A program made the translations under genes and the position numbers. A stretch of DNA of 62,507 nt, filler included. It is 10 parts of 10 records of this genome, joined end to end, with 100 filler letters (N's around TTAATTAATTAA, not from the genome) between each part and the next. Parts side by side here need not be neighbours in the genome. Positions count along the whole stretch, not along the records: positions 50,919 to 57,255 come from SRR31147125_153411; positions 57,356 to 62,507 come from SRR31147125_154019; 8 more parts are not named here. One strand, given 5' to 3'. Numbering within the stretch: the stretch's first letter is position 1; every line of letters begins with the position of its first letter. Positions 51,712-61,945 of this stretch are shown here, one piece after another. The notes beneath the pieces are model-generated. The model worked only from the letters and a program-made list of their open reading frames with translations, was not told the origin of the DNA and did not search any database.

Positions 51712-54383
51712 ATGGGAGAAGAGAAACCGACAATACTGATTGTGGATGATGATGCATCCAACCTTGAGCTGTTGGAAATGTTGTTGGGGGATGACTATCG
51801 GGCAGTCACAGCCTGTGACGGGATGTCGGGTTTGGCCCTTGCCGTCTCGGATCCTGTACCGGATCTCATATTGATTGATGTGATGATGCCGGAAATGGAC
51901 GGGTTTGAAGTGTGCCGTCGATTGAAATCCAACGACGCCACCCAAAGTATCCCGGTGATTTTCATGACCGGCGGACACCGGGTCACCAATGAGGCTAAAG
52001 GCTTTGAATCGGGGGCGGTGGATTATCTTCATAAACCCTTCAGTCGTGCCGTTTTCCATGCCCGTATTCGAACCCACCTCTCCATGGCCAATCAGGCGCG
52101 GTTTTTCGAAGATCAAGTCAAAGTGCGTACCGCAGAGCTGGAAAAGACCGAAGAGGCCCTGCGTCAGGCCATGGGGAATCTCTTGACCATCACCGTGGCC
52201 CCCGGTGTCTTCTGGTTACAGATTCCGGAAGCCGATCTACGAATTCTGTGCGGGTGTCCCGGCGAAGTGGTCAAGCTCTTGATGCGAAAAGGGCTCAACA
52301 ATCCCGCCGTTAAAGACGGAATTCACTTTGAGACCGGACCCAACGCCATCCTGCTGTCGGATCTTTTGATACAAAACGGGGGGTTTGCCAATCTCGCTGA
52401 GTTTCCCGTCCTTCAGATGCTTTACAGACAGGGGATGATGCTTCCCGGCCATCCCAACAATACCGGCGTCAGACCGCTTTTGATGGGATCGGCGGATCAG
52501 GTGACCGCTCAGATGAAGTACATCCATCGCGGGAATTACGGGTTGCTTACCAAAGAAGAGATCATGGCAACCGGTATTGATGAAGCGACGGCCGATATCA
52601 TGATGCGAATCAAGTTGAAATTCGCTTTCGGCCGGGTTCGTGAACCGGCCCATTTTTTGGATACGTTGGAGATCGAAGATGACCCCCGGGAAATTCGAAA
52701 CGGCGTCACGGTTCAACGGATCGGTTTCAATCGATTTCGGTTTACCTATCGGAAGAAAAGTGTTGATATCGATCTGACTCTTCCCAAAAAAGTGACCTAC
52801 ATTTCACCCTATCCCCTTCTCTATTCCCATGTGAAACGATACTACTTTGCCGTACTCCATACCGGTGAAGGCAATGGGTGGGACACCGAGCGTCCCTGCA
52901 TGAGCAGCGTCCTCATGTTTCAAGGGCGTATTTATTTGATTGACGCTCCACCCGGTGTCCTTAACACCCTTACCGCCCTGGGAATCGATATCAGCGAGGT
53001 GGAGGGCATTTTCCACACCCATGCCCATGACGATCATTTTTCAGGCCTCCCCGACCTGATTCGGACGGACCGACGAATCAAATATTTTGCCACGCCCTTG
53101 GTTCGGGCGGCTGTCACCCGGAAATTCTCCGCCCTCATGTCGCTGGATGACGCCACATTCGAGAAGTTTTTCGACATCCATGATTTGACTTTTGACACCT
53201 GGAACAAAGTGGGAGGATTGGAGGTGATGCCGATTTTTTCCCCCATCCGGTGGAGACCAACATTTTTCAATTTCGCGCATTGGATGGTGAAGGATATCGA
53301 ACCTATTCCCACCTGGCTGATATCTCTTCATTTCAACGCCTTGAAGGCATGGTGGGGCAAGGTCCCGGAGATATCCCTGCCGCGTTTGTGGATTCCGTCA
53401 AAAGAAGCTATCTTGCGCCGGTGGATTTGAAGAAGATTGATTCCGACGGCGGGGCTATCCATGGAGAGGCACGGGATTTCAAGAACGACAAATCAAAACG
53501 ATTGATTTTAGCCCATCTGGAGCGTCCATTGACTTCGGAGGAAATGGAGATCGGGTCGGACACCTCCTTTGGTGCCATTGATGTTCTGATTCCCGGAGAA
53601 CAGGATCACCTCCGGCAGCGGGCATTCTATTGTCTGCAAGAGCTCTTTCCCGATACCTCTGATGATGAGCTGCGCATGCTGATCAACGGCGCAGTGAATA
53701 ATTACAATGCCGGTGCCATTGTGCGACGATGCGGATCGGATACCGACTTTATCGAGATGATCATCGCAGGGAATGTACTCTATCTCGATGCGGATCGCGG
53801 GGTTCGGAATCATCTGAAACTGGGCTCATTCCTAGGACTTAGCCGGATTTTCGGCGACACCGGATTTGATAAGGGGACCTATCGCTCCGTTTCCCATGTA
53901 ACAACCATTCAAATCTCCGTTCCACTGTTCAAGATCTTCCTGGAGAACAATGGACTGTTCCGTGCCCTTTCCAGGCGGTTGGGAAAAATTCATTTTCTGC
54001 GAAGTACTTGGCTTTTTGGCGAACAGACCTCATTTGCATTCCTGGATCGACTCTCTCAATCCCTTGAGTCCATCGATGTCGATCCGGGTCGTTTTGTCGA
54101 TAGAGAGAGATCGCCATCCCTATGGCTGGTGGATCAGGGATGCGTTCATATGGCCATATCTTCCGGAAAACTTGTCGAAAAGCTGGTCCCGGGACGATTT
54201 TTCGGTGAAGAACGATGCCTCCACGGAAGGGATGCTGGGTGGCGGTTCAAGGCATTGGAAGGAACGCGTCTTTATCGTCTGCCCTGGAAAGAGCTTGCCG
54301 ATGCTCCCATAATTTACTGGAAGTTATTGGAGATCAATGAAAAACGAGTCCGCCTACGACTCGTCGATTCAAAAGTGAATTAA
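51712..54383 (+). CDS. REC - metallo-beta-lactamase-fold - cNMP-binding multidomain protein; apparent frameshift at 53240-53244
   Basis: N-terminal REC (VDDD, IDVMMP, KP); FHTHAHDDH; one added C gives PIFSPHPVETN; C-terminal cNMP-like FFGE repeats. Confidence 0.8.
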
Positions 54384-54452
54384 TTTTCATGACCGCATTC
54401 CAACTCAATTCCAGCTCATCGCTGCATTGATTGCAGAAGAAATAGGTCGTAT

Positions 54453-55682
54453 ATGAAGCTTCAAAGTGAATATATAGATAATGGATCCTCTTTTATTTGT
54501 ATTGATCCAAAAGCGATCAATCCCGACTCTCTGGCGAAGTTTTCCATTTTCGAACAATTTGTAATCAAGCCGGGGAAAGAATATCGATACCGTTGCCTTT
54601 TATTTGATACGGGTTCTGTTTCCAAGGGAAAGTTACTTAAACTTCTTGAGACGTGGGAGCGTGTCCACATCCATAGAAGTCAAAAAAATTTATACGACAC
54701 CTATGTCAGAAGCAATCTCAAATATATTTTAAAGCACGACGGCATTACGGCTCAAACAAAGACCGAAACGTTTATTTCGCTTTCCACGGAATTGATCAAG
54801 GATAGTTTTGAAGTGAACTTCGGCTCCAAAGGGCTCACAAAGAATCAGTTTGAAAATGTCAAAAAGCTGGTGGGGCAGGCCCTGGAATTTATCAGCGATG
54901 TAAGGTCGTTAAGCGGACTTGCCGATCTCATCGGCCACGATTACGATACCCATAAGCATTCCATCAAAGTCGGGTGGCTCATGGCCACCTTTATCAATGC
55001 CAACCGGGATTTGTTTCCCGTCAATACACGATCTGAGTTGAATGCATTGTTGACCCAGGCGGCTGTGGTCGGATTTCTCCATGATATCGGCAAAACGAAA
55101 GTCCCCACAAATGTTCTGAATAAAAGAGATAAACTTTCCGCTTTGGAATATGTGATGATCCAGTCACACACGGCCTACTCGGTCAGCTTACTTTTTGAAG
55201 CGAATATTCCTAAATGCATCTTTCAGGGAATTTTATACCATCATGAAAACGATGACGGTAGCGGCTATCCATGCGGTATCAAAGGAGATGAGATCCCCTT
55301 GATTGCAAAAATTGCCCATGTGGCGGATGTTTTCGATGCGCTGACATCGGCACGGCCCTATAAAAAGCCTAAAACCCCCTATGAGGCCCTCTCCATCATG
55401 GCCGGACAGAATCCGGATCTGGAGATGCTTCAAAAATACGAGCAGGAAATTCGGGAGAATAAAAAACCTCCGGTGGTTATCATTGTTAGAAATGAAAACA
55501 ATCCCGAGCGAAGACGGCTGAAAGAGTCTGAAATTTTGGTTGAAGAGTCGGAAAAGAGGACGGAGGAACGGATGATCCTCAGGGACCGGGGGATGGCACA
55601 CTGTTTTGATTCGGATATTTTGAAACGCTTTATTTTGACCATCAATAAATCGGATAGCTTTGATTTGGATGGATTATTGTAA
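54453..55682 (+). CDS. HD-GYP domain phosphodiesterase
   Basis: HSIKV, LHDIGK, HHENDDGSGYP, ADVFDALTSARPYK. Confidence 0.9.
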   Translation: MKLQSEYIDNGSSFICIDPKAINPDSLAKFSIFEQFVIKPGKEYRYRCLLFDTGSVSKGKLLKLLETWERVHIHRSQKNLYDTYVRSNLKYILKHDGITAQTKTETFISLSTELIKDSFEVNFGSKGLTKNQFENVKKLVGQALEFISDVRSLSGLADLIGHDYDTHKHSIKVGWLMATFINANRDLFPVNTRSELNALLTQAAVVGFLHDIGKTKVPTNVLNKRDKLSALEYVMIQSHTAYSVSLLFEANIPKCIFQGILYHHENDDGSGYPCGIKGDEIPLIAKIAHVADVFDALTSARPYKKPKTPYEALSIMAGQNPDLEMLQKYEQEIRENKKPPVVIIVRNENNPERRRLKESEILVEESEKRTEERMILRDRGMAHCFDSDILKRFILTINKSDSFDLDGLL

Positions 55683-55772
55683 AATGGCGTTGTAAATCAA
55701 GATAAAAGATAACAAGTAAAGTCGGAGTTTTCTTAGATAATAATATTGACGTTTGTTTCAAAGAGGAAACTC

Positions 55773-56998
55773 ATGCCTGCAGATGCCAAACAGGGATTAC
55801 AGTCAGAGGGAGTGCAGATCCTTTCGGAAATGCCGGAGATCGGGCAAGTTATCGATACGTCCAATGGTATTTTGAGAGTATCGGATGCCGACACTCCGGC
55901 TTGTTGTGCACCCTCTTTTGCTTCTTCTTTGCCGAAGGAACGCTACGCCCTTCCCGGTTATGGCCTCACCCATTTCGTCACTGCGTTTATTGAGACGGAT
56001 GTCGGTCTGATTCCTTTAATCGATACCCGATTGCATTGGAAGGACCGGAGGTCGACCTTTGCCGTTCGTGCCGGAATCGGTCGCGATCGGTATCAAGTCT
56101 CTCCAGGGATATACGGGGTGGGAAGACCGGATGCGAATTCCGAAGTCCTGGTAACGGCGAATTTCAAGCTCTCTTTTGATCTCTTAAGACGCGAATTAAA
56201 AGGCGTAAACGCATGGATTCTTGTTTTGGATACCCGAGGGGTCAATGTGTGGTGTGCTGCAGGTAAAGGGAGATTCGGGACACGGGAGCTGATCGAGAGA
56301 GTTCATACTTCAGAACTCAGTAAGCTGGTCAAGCATCGACGCTTGATCGTTCCCCAGCTGGGAGCCACCGGTATCCGGGCAGGAGATGTAAAAAAGGCAG
56401 CAGGATTTCGGGTCATTTTTGGGCCGATTCGATCGAAAGATATATCGGCCTTTCTGAAAAACGGGCGAAAGGCAACACCTGAAATGCGGCAGGTGACCTT
56501 TTCTTTTCAAGAGCGATTGATCTTGACTCCCATTGAGTTAAAGGGGGCGTTGAAACCGGTATTGATTACAATGCTCGTTCTCTTTTTGCTTTCGGGGATA
56601 GCCCCCGGTTTTTTTCCCGGCAGGCCGCTTGGGAACGTGGAATACCGGCATGCGGTTTCCTGTTTGCAGGCGTTTTCACCGGAGCTGTTGTTACACCTGC
56701 ATTACTTCCTTTCATTCCGTTCAGGTGCTTTGCGGCAAAAGGATTGCTGACGGGGGCAGTGTTCTTCATCTATCTGTTATGGGCATTGCAGGAAGCGGGA
56801 TTTTTTTTCAATGGATTTGCAGTGTCGGCACTTTTTCTATTCACGGCAATGACGACATCCAATCTGGCCATGAACTTTACTGGAGCCACGCCTTTTACGT
56901 CACCCTCCGGTGTGGAAAAAGAGATGAAAATATTCATACCGTTGCAAGCAGGGGGGATACTGGTGTCATCCATGTTATGGATTGCTTCAGCGTTTTGA
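55773..56998 (+). CDS. hgcA: Mercury methylation corrinoid protein HgcA; apparent frameshift at 56609-56615
   Basis: Cap-helix motif GVNVWCAAGKG, VTANFKLSFD, PQLGA, GP.R; the corrected C-terminus has TM helices and MNFTGATPFTSPSGVEKEM. Confidence 0.95.
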
Positions 56999-57006
56999 AA
57001 ATTGAA

Positions 57007-57255
57007 ATGGATTTAAAAAATATGAAAGAGATACGTTACCTTGAAGACGTTGCAACGTTGGTCATTGACCGGGAAAAGTGTGTGGGATGTGCTCTGTGTA
57101 CCGTTGTCTGTCCTCATAGCGTTTTTGCGATGAAGCATGGAAAAGCCGGGATTAAAGATTTGGACGGCTGCATGGAGTGCGGCGCATGTGTCAATAACTG
57201 CCCGGTTCATGCCATTGAAGTCACGCCGGGGGTGGGCTGAGCCGCCTATATTATC
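57007..57255 (+). CDS. hgcB: Mercury methylation ferredoxin HgcB, probable selenoprotein, C-terminus truncated
   Basis: RYL, CVGCALCTVVCPH, CMECGACVNNCP, PGVG-TGA(57238-57240)-AAYII; directly after hgcA. Confidence 0.92.
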
Positions 57256-57355
57256 NNNNNNNNNNNNNNNNNNNNNNNNNNNNNNNNNNNNNNNNNNNNT
57301 TAATTAATTAANNNNNNNNNNNNNNNNNNNNNNNNNNNNNNNNNNNNNNNNNNNN
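57256..57355. other. Artificial contig spacer
   Basis: N run with TTAATTAATTAA. Confidence 0.98.
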
Positions 57356-57459
57356 TGTGTCAGGTGGCCTGACATGGTCGTTTATATGAAAATCCCTGTC
57401 TCTTCAGGATCTCGGATTTTCATGGCTTGTTGCGGCAAAACGGTCTTGCCATCGCCGTT

Positions 57460-59466
57460 TTATACGGTAGCTTCATCAACAATTTCGGCAATGTCTTTGA
57501 CAGGCACCTGTTTTTCCGTCTCGAGAATACCGTCATTGAGCATGGTGGCACAGAACGGACATGCAGCACACACCGTGGATGCACCGGTATCGACGGCCTC
57601 TTTGGCTCGGACGTTGTTAATCCGCTCTCCAATGGTCTCTTCCATGAACATTCTGGCACCACCGGCACCGCAGCACATTCCCTTTGAAAGGTTTCGATCC
57701 ATCTCAATAAGCTTACCGTTGGGGTTCATCTCGGTGAGAATTTTTCGAGGTGCGGAATAGATGTTGTTCCAGCGGCCCAGATAGCAGGAATCATGGAAGG
57801 TGATATCTCCGAACCCTTTGTTGTTATAGCTCAGCCGTCCCTGGTTGATCAGCTGCAACATGTATTCAGTATGGTGCATCACCGGATATTTGGCATCGAA
57901 CTGTCCATATTCATTTTTGATGATGTTGTAGCAGTGAGGACATCCCGTGAGGACCATGGCAGGGTTGTATTGGTTGATCACCTCGGCGTTCTGCATCATC
58001 AGCATCTGCGCCAGATACTCGTTACCGGCACGACGTGCCATATCCCCGTTACAAGTCTCTTCGGGTCCGAGAATGGCAAAGTTGATGCCGGCTTTTTGGA
58101 GGACACTTGCCGTTGCCTGGGCGATCTTTTTACCGCGATCATCAAATGAGCCGGCGCAGCCCACAAAGTAGAGAACATCCGCATCGGGTTTGTCCATCAT
58201 CAAGGGCACATCCAATCCTTTAGCCCAATCCGCACGGGTGTCGGCGCTGAAACCCCAGGGGTTGCCCTGGTTTTCCATATTGGTGAAGGTTTCCTGCATT
58301 TCCTGGGGAAACTCCGCTTCCATCAGGACGCGATGTTTACGAATTTCCGGGATGAAATCGAGATGCTGGTTGTTCACCGGGCAGACATCTTCACAAGCGC
58401 GACAGGTGGTACAAGACCAGATCACATCTTCCGTGATGGGGGAACCTTCTCGAATGATGGGCTCGATTTCATCGTAATCCTTGGCAAGCAGCTTGTCGGA
58501 CTGATGGAACAGTTCGAGTTTGAAGTCATGGATCAATTCTTTTGGTGACAAGGGTTTACCGGTATTGGCTGCCGGGCAGAGCTCTTCACATCGACCACAT
58601 TCGGTGCAAGCGTATAGATTCAGAACATTGTGCCAGTTGAACTCGTTGATTTTGGAAAGTCCGAAGGTTTCAGCTTCTTCGTCTTCGATATCGGTCTTCT
58701 TGATCGTTTTTTCCACTTCCAGGGGTTTCATGAACACATTGGGAACCGCCGCCAGAAGATGGAGATGTTTGGAGCTGGGGATATACATCAGAAAGCCCAA
58801 AATAGTACCGATGTGAATGTAGTAGCTCAGCTCATAAAAGAAGATCACCTGCCATGTGGCAAGGCTCTTCAGGCCCAAAATGGAAACCAGCAGACCGGAG
58901 ACCGGAAAGATGACATGATGCGCCTCGCTACCTGCCTCAACAGGCATCAGCGTTGTAAATGCGTTGATGAAGTGGAAGGAGATAATGATGACGCAAGTGA
59001 ACATGATGATGAGGTTGGCATCCCGACCCATGGTGAGATAAGGGGGCTTGATCACCAGGCGCCGATAGAGGGCGTAGGCAAAACCGACAAGTACAAAAAA
59101 GGCGAAAATATCGGCTATAAACAGATATTTACTATAGGCGAACGGCATGATGTTCAGAAGATCGAATGAGGGGAAAACGCCTCTGATCATCAACTCTAAC
59201 GAGTGGATCTGAATGGCCAAAAAGCCGAAGAAAATCATGGTGTGGGAGAGCCCGGGAAGTGGTTTTCTTCTAACGTTGGATTGGCCCAGTACGTCGGTGA
59301 AAAGCACCTTGATACGATCTTTAATCCGATCCACCGGTTTTTCAAGTTCACCCTCAACCGACATCATGAGTTTATACAGATAGTTTACCTTGATGAAAAA
59401 GAAGCGGAATGCATAAACCAGAGCGGCCAGCATCAGCAGTGATTTGAGTACATAGTAAAAAGTCAT
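57460..59466 (-). CDS. Membrane-bound Fe-S oxidoreductase (TM + 2x[4Fe-4S] + 2 CCG domains; ETF:quinone oxidoreductase-like)
   Basis: TM region with SKHLH, CTECGRC, CTTCRAC, CPHC, HDSCYLGR, CCGAGG; start at ATG 59466 with AAGGA RBS. Confidence 0.88.
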   Translation of the reverse strand: MTFYYVLKSLLMLAALVYAFRFFFIKVNYLYKLMMSVEGELEKPVDRIKDRIKVLFTDVLGQSNVRRKPLPGLSHTMIFFGFLAIQIHSLELMIRGVFPSFDLLNIMPFAYSKYLFIADIFAFFVLVGFAYALYRRLVIKPPYLTMGRDANLIIMFTCVIIISFHFINAFTTLMPVEAGSEAHHVIFPVSGLLVSILGLKSLATWQVIFFYELSYYIHIGTILGFLMYIPSSKHLHLLAAVPNVFMKPLEVEKTIKKTDIEDEEAETFGLSKINEFNWHNVLNLYACTECGRCEELCPAANTGKPLSPKELIHDFKLELFHQSDKLLAKDYDEIEPIIREGSPITEDVIWSCTTCRACEDVCPVNNQHLDFIPEIRKHRVLMEAEFPQEMQETFTNMENQGNPWGFSADTRADWAKGLDVPLMMDKPDADVLYFVGCAGSFDDRGKKIAQATASVLQKAGINFAILGPEETCNGDMARRAGNEYLAQMLMMQNAEVINQYNPAMVLTGCPHCYNIIKNEYGQFDAKYPVMHHTEYMLQLINQGRLSYNNKGFGDITFHDSCYLGRWNNIYSAPRKILTEMNPNGKLIEMDRNLSKGMCCGAGGARMFMEETIGERINNVRAKEAVDTGASTVCAACPFCATMLNDGILETEKQVPVKDIAEIVDEATV

Positions 59467-59624
59467 GGATATTTCCTTTAATTGTTCAATCCCAAGTCTT
59501 TGGACCGGGGAGGAAAATGTGAATGTATTGGTCTCAATATACAGATAAAGCCCGGTAATCATCACGATGCTAAACCGGCTCAGATGATAAATCGGGCTTT
59601 CATATACTCTCGAACAAACCACAA

Positions 59625-59661
59625 ATGCCCCTGAAAATTCGTTTAATAATTTCAGGGGCAT
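59625..59661 (-). terminator. Stem-loop downstream of etfA (terminator or stabiliser)
   Basis: Perfect 12-bp inverted repeat ATGCCCCTGAAA...TTTCAGGGGCAT. Confidence 0.6.
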
Positions 59662-59685
59662 GTCCCATTTTTGGGGCGTGTGATT

Positions 59686-60627
59686 TTATTTCAATGCTTC
59701 AGTCAGAGCCGGAACGACCTCGAAGATATCTCCGATAATACCATAGTCGCATTTTGCAAAAATGGGAGCGTCTTTATCATTGTTGATGGCAACGATAACC
59801 TTGGAAGTTTTCATACCGGCATAGTGCTGAACCGCACCGGAAATACCGCAAGCAATGTAGAGTTTCGGGCTGACTGTTTTACCGGTCTGACCAACCTGCA
59901 TGGAGTGGGGAGCGTAACCGGCGTCCACCGCCGCTCTGGAAGCCCCCACAGCTGCGCCGAGAAGAGCAGCGCACTCATCCAGCATCTTGTAGTTGGCAGC
60001 ATCCTTGATCGCACGACCACCCGTCACGATAACGGGCGCCTCGGTCAGATCCAGTTTCCCTGAATCGGCTTTTTTCACTTTGATGATTTTCACTTTACCT
60101 GCATCTTCAACCGGCGCAGCAAATGTGGAGACTTCCGCATCTACGGATGCTTCAACAGCCTCGACGGCGTTGGGACGGATGGTGGCGAGCATAACGCCGC
60201 AATCCATTTTTACAGTGGAAAATGTCTTTCCGGAAAAGTGAGATTTTGTACCGGTTTTGGCATCGATATCAACTGCGATACAGTCGGATACCATGGGCTC
60301 ATCCATGAGAGCTGCCGCTCTTGCAAATACGTCTCTGCCATGGGGGCTGAAGAGTCCCAGCATTGCATCCAGTCCATACTCTTTGGCTGCCGCCGTAAGG
60401 GCTGCGGCCTGAAGATCGGGACCGGCCGCCAGATTTTCGCCTGCAGTGATGTTAATCACTTTAGACGCACCGTAGGCTGCCAGATCCGCCTTTACTGCCT
60501 CTGCATCGGCATCCAATACAAATGCGTAGACGTCGTTGCCGGCACCGCGTGCAGCTGTCAGCACACCGAAGTTCGTATCTTTTACTTTACCTTCACCCAG
60601 TTCGATCAATACACCTGCTTTGGCCAT
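59686..60627 (-). CDS. etfA: Electron transfer flavoprotein alpha subunit
   Basis: GASRAAVDAG, QVGQTGK, GISGAVQH, AINNDKDAPIF. Confidence 0.96.
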   Translation of the reverse strand: MAKAGVLIELGEGKVKDTNFGVLTAARGAGNDVYAFVLDADAEAVKADLAAYGASKVINITAGENLAAGPDLQAAALTAAAKEYGLDAMLGLFSPHGRDVFARAAALMDEPMVSDCIAVDIDAKTGTKSHFSGKTFSTVKMDCGVMLATIRPNAVEAVEASVDAEVSTFAAPVEDAGKVKIIKVKKADSGKLDLTEAPVIVTGGRAIKDAANYKMLDECAALLGAAVGASRAAVDAGYAPHSMQVGQTGKTVSPKLYIACGISGAVQHYAGMKTSKVIVAINNDKDAPIFAKCDYGIIGDIFEVVPALTEALK

Positions 60628-60641
60628 TTTTCCGTCCCCCT

Positions 60642-61412
60642 TTATATCACTTTTTCTTCTTCTTTGAGAATTCTTACAAGCTCGGTTATCTGATCTCCAA
60701 CGCTGCCTTCCAGCATTTTGGCACCGGATCTCTCGGGAACGGCTTCAAGCTTTTCAATTGCGCTTTTTCCCGTCCCTTCATCAATGCCGAAATCGGCAAT
60801 GGCTATCTCTTCGATGGGTTTCTTTTTGGCTTTCATGATATCGGGGAATTTGGGGTAACGGGGGTCGTTCAGGCCTTTGGTGGCACCGATCACACCGGGA
60901 AGCGCCATCTCGAGAACCTCTTTCTCTCCACCGCCGGTCTCTCTTTCCACAACGGCTTTATCACCGTCCACAGTAAGAGCGGACACTTCGTTGACAACGG
61001 GAAGCCCCATGGCTGCAGCCAGTCGGTAAGGCATCTGGGAACCTTCGGTGTCTACGGATAGTTTACCGGTGAAGATCATGTCCGGAGCCCCATCTTTTTC
61101 GATGGCGGCCTTCAGTGCCTGGCATGTCAGGGCGCTGTCCAGAAATTGTCCTTCCGTCTTGACATGGATGGCCCGATGGGCACCCATGGCCATGGCGCTT
61201 CGGATGGTGGCAATGGCGGCATCTTTACCAACGGTTACGACAACCACCTCACCCCCGTTTTTCTCTACCAGGCTGACCGCTTCTTCAAGTCCATACTCAT
61301 CATAAGGGTTTACAACAAATTTGCACTCTGAATCTTCAAATCCGTTCTCTCCAACCAATTTGATATTGGCTGCCGTGTCTGGAACATGTTTGATACACAC
61401 ACAGATTTTCAT
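60642..61412 (-). CDS. etfB: Electron transfer flavoprotein beta subunit
   Basis: MKICVCIKHVPD, NPYDEY, AMGA, LNDPRYP, AKKK. Confidence 0.96.
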   Translation of the reverse strand: MKICVCIKHVPDTAANIKLVGENGFEDSECKFVVNPYDEYGLEEAVSLVEKNGGEVVVVTVGKDAAIATIRSAMAMGAHRAIHVKTEGQFLDSALTCQALKAAIEKDGAPDMIFTGKLSVDTEGSQMPYRLAAAMGLPVVNEVSALTVDGDKAVVERETGGGEKEVLEMALPGVIGATKGLNDPRYPKFPDIMKAKKKPIEEIAIADFGIDEGTGKSAIEKLEAVPERSGAKMLEGSVGDQITELVRILKEEEKVI

Positions 61413-61897
61413 AATAGTTTTTCCTTTTACATCCAGTTTTTGCTGAAAGGGGCGAAGGCTTCCAGGGTGCCGTTGCCCCTCTCTCTTCTTGTTTTGCCCG
61501 GCTGAAAGGGCATGGACATTGTAGTACTGTGATCAACTGCTGTTTTTCCGATCTGCTGTTTTTTTTGACGTTGATCATTCATCCAAGCATTTTCCAGGTG
61601 TTACTCTCATAACATGCTTGGAAATGACACATAATGTCGTGATATATCAGATATTAAAGACCAGATTGTTATGGTCATTATCACATTCGAAAAAAAAAAC
61701 CAATGATTTTTAATCGCTTGAGAGTATTTTAACTTGAAACGAATAGATCAATTACCGTCAATTCAGCATTGACTTCTTGATATCATGAGTTCGGAACAGT
61801 TGCTCAATTTTAATTTAAAATCGGATATTTTTTGATGTTAGATATTTTTCAGGGGGTGACATATGAATATTTGGGATAATTCCAAGGAAGCCCCCTG

Positions 61898-61931
61898 GTA
61901 AAAGGGCAGATACCCAGGACTACCCTTTTAC
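61898..61931 (-). terminator. Rho-independent terminator after the GcvT-like gene
   Basis: Minus strand GTAAAAGGGTAG-loop-CTGCCCTTTTAC. Confidence 0.65.
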
Positions 61932-61945
61932 TTAACCATTAAATG

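Noticed and set aside
2273-56998. Many split genes (leuC, TonB receptor, 15331 ORF, DUF2092, GCN1, sugar transferase, NTase, FAD oxidoreductase, phnC, REC-MBL, hgcA) read as pseudogenes, phase variation or programmed frameshifts
   Set aside because: Nearly all are repaired by adding one base to a homopolymer run, and they occur across unrelated organisms including the eukaryote. This is the signature of sequencing or consensus error. Read-level polishing would settle it.
46097-57240. Alternative genetic code (UGA = Trp/Gly) as the explanation for the in-frame TGAs
   Set aside because: The read-through TGAs occur only at conserved Cys positions, TGG is used for Trp, and TGA ends other genes on the same contigs (e.g. 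50334, 51619, 56998). Selenocysteine fits better.
56629-57240. 203-aa ORF suggesting an HgcB N-terminal extension or HgcAB fusion
   Set aside because: The upstream part overlaps the true hgcA TM region in another frame; corrected hgcA stops at 56998 and hgcB starts at 57007 or 57022.
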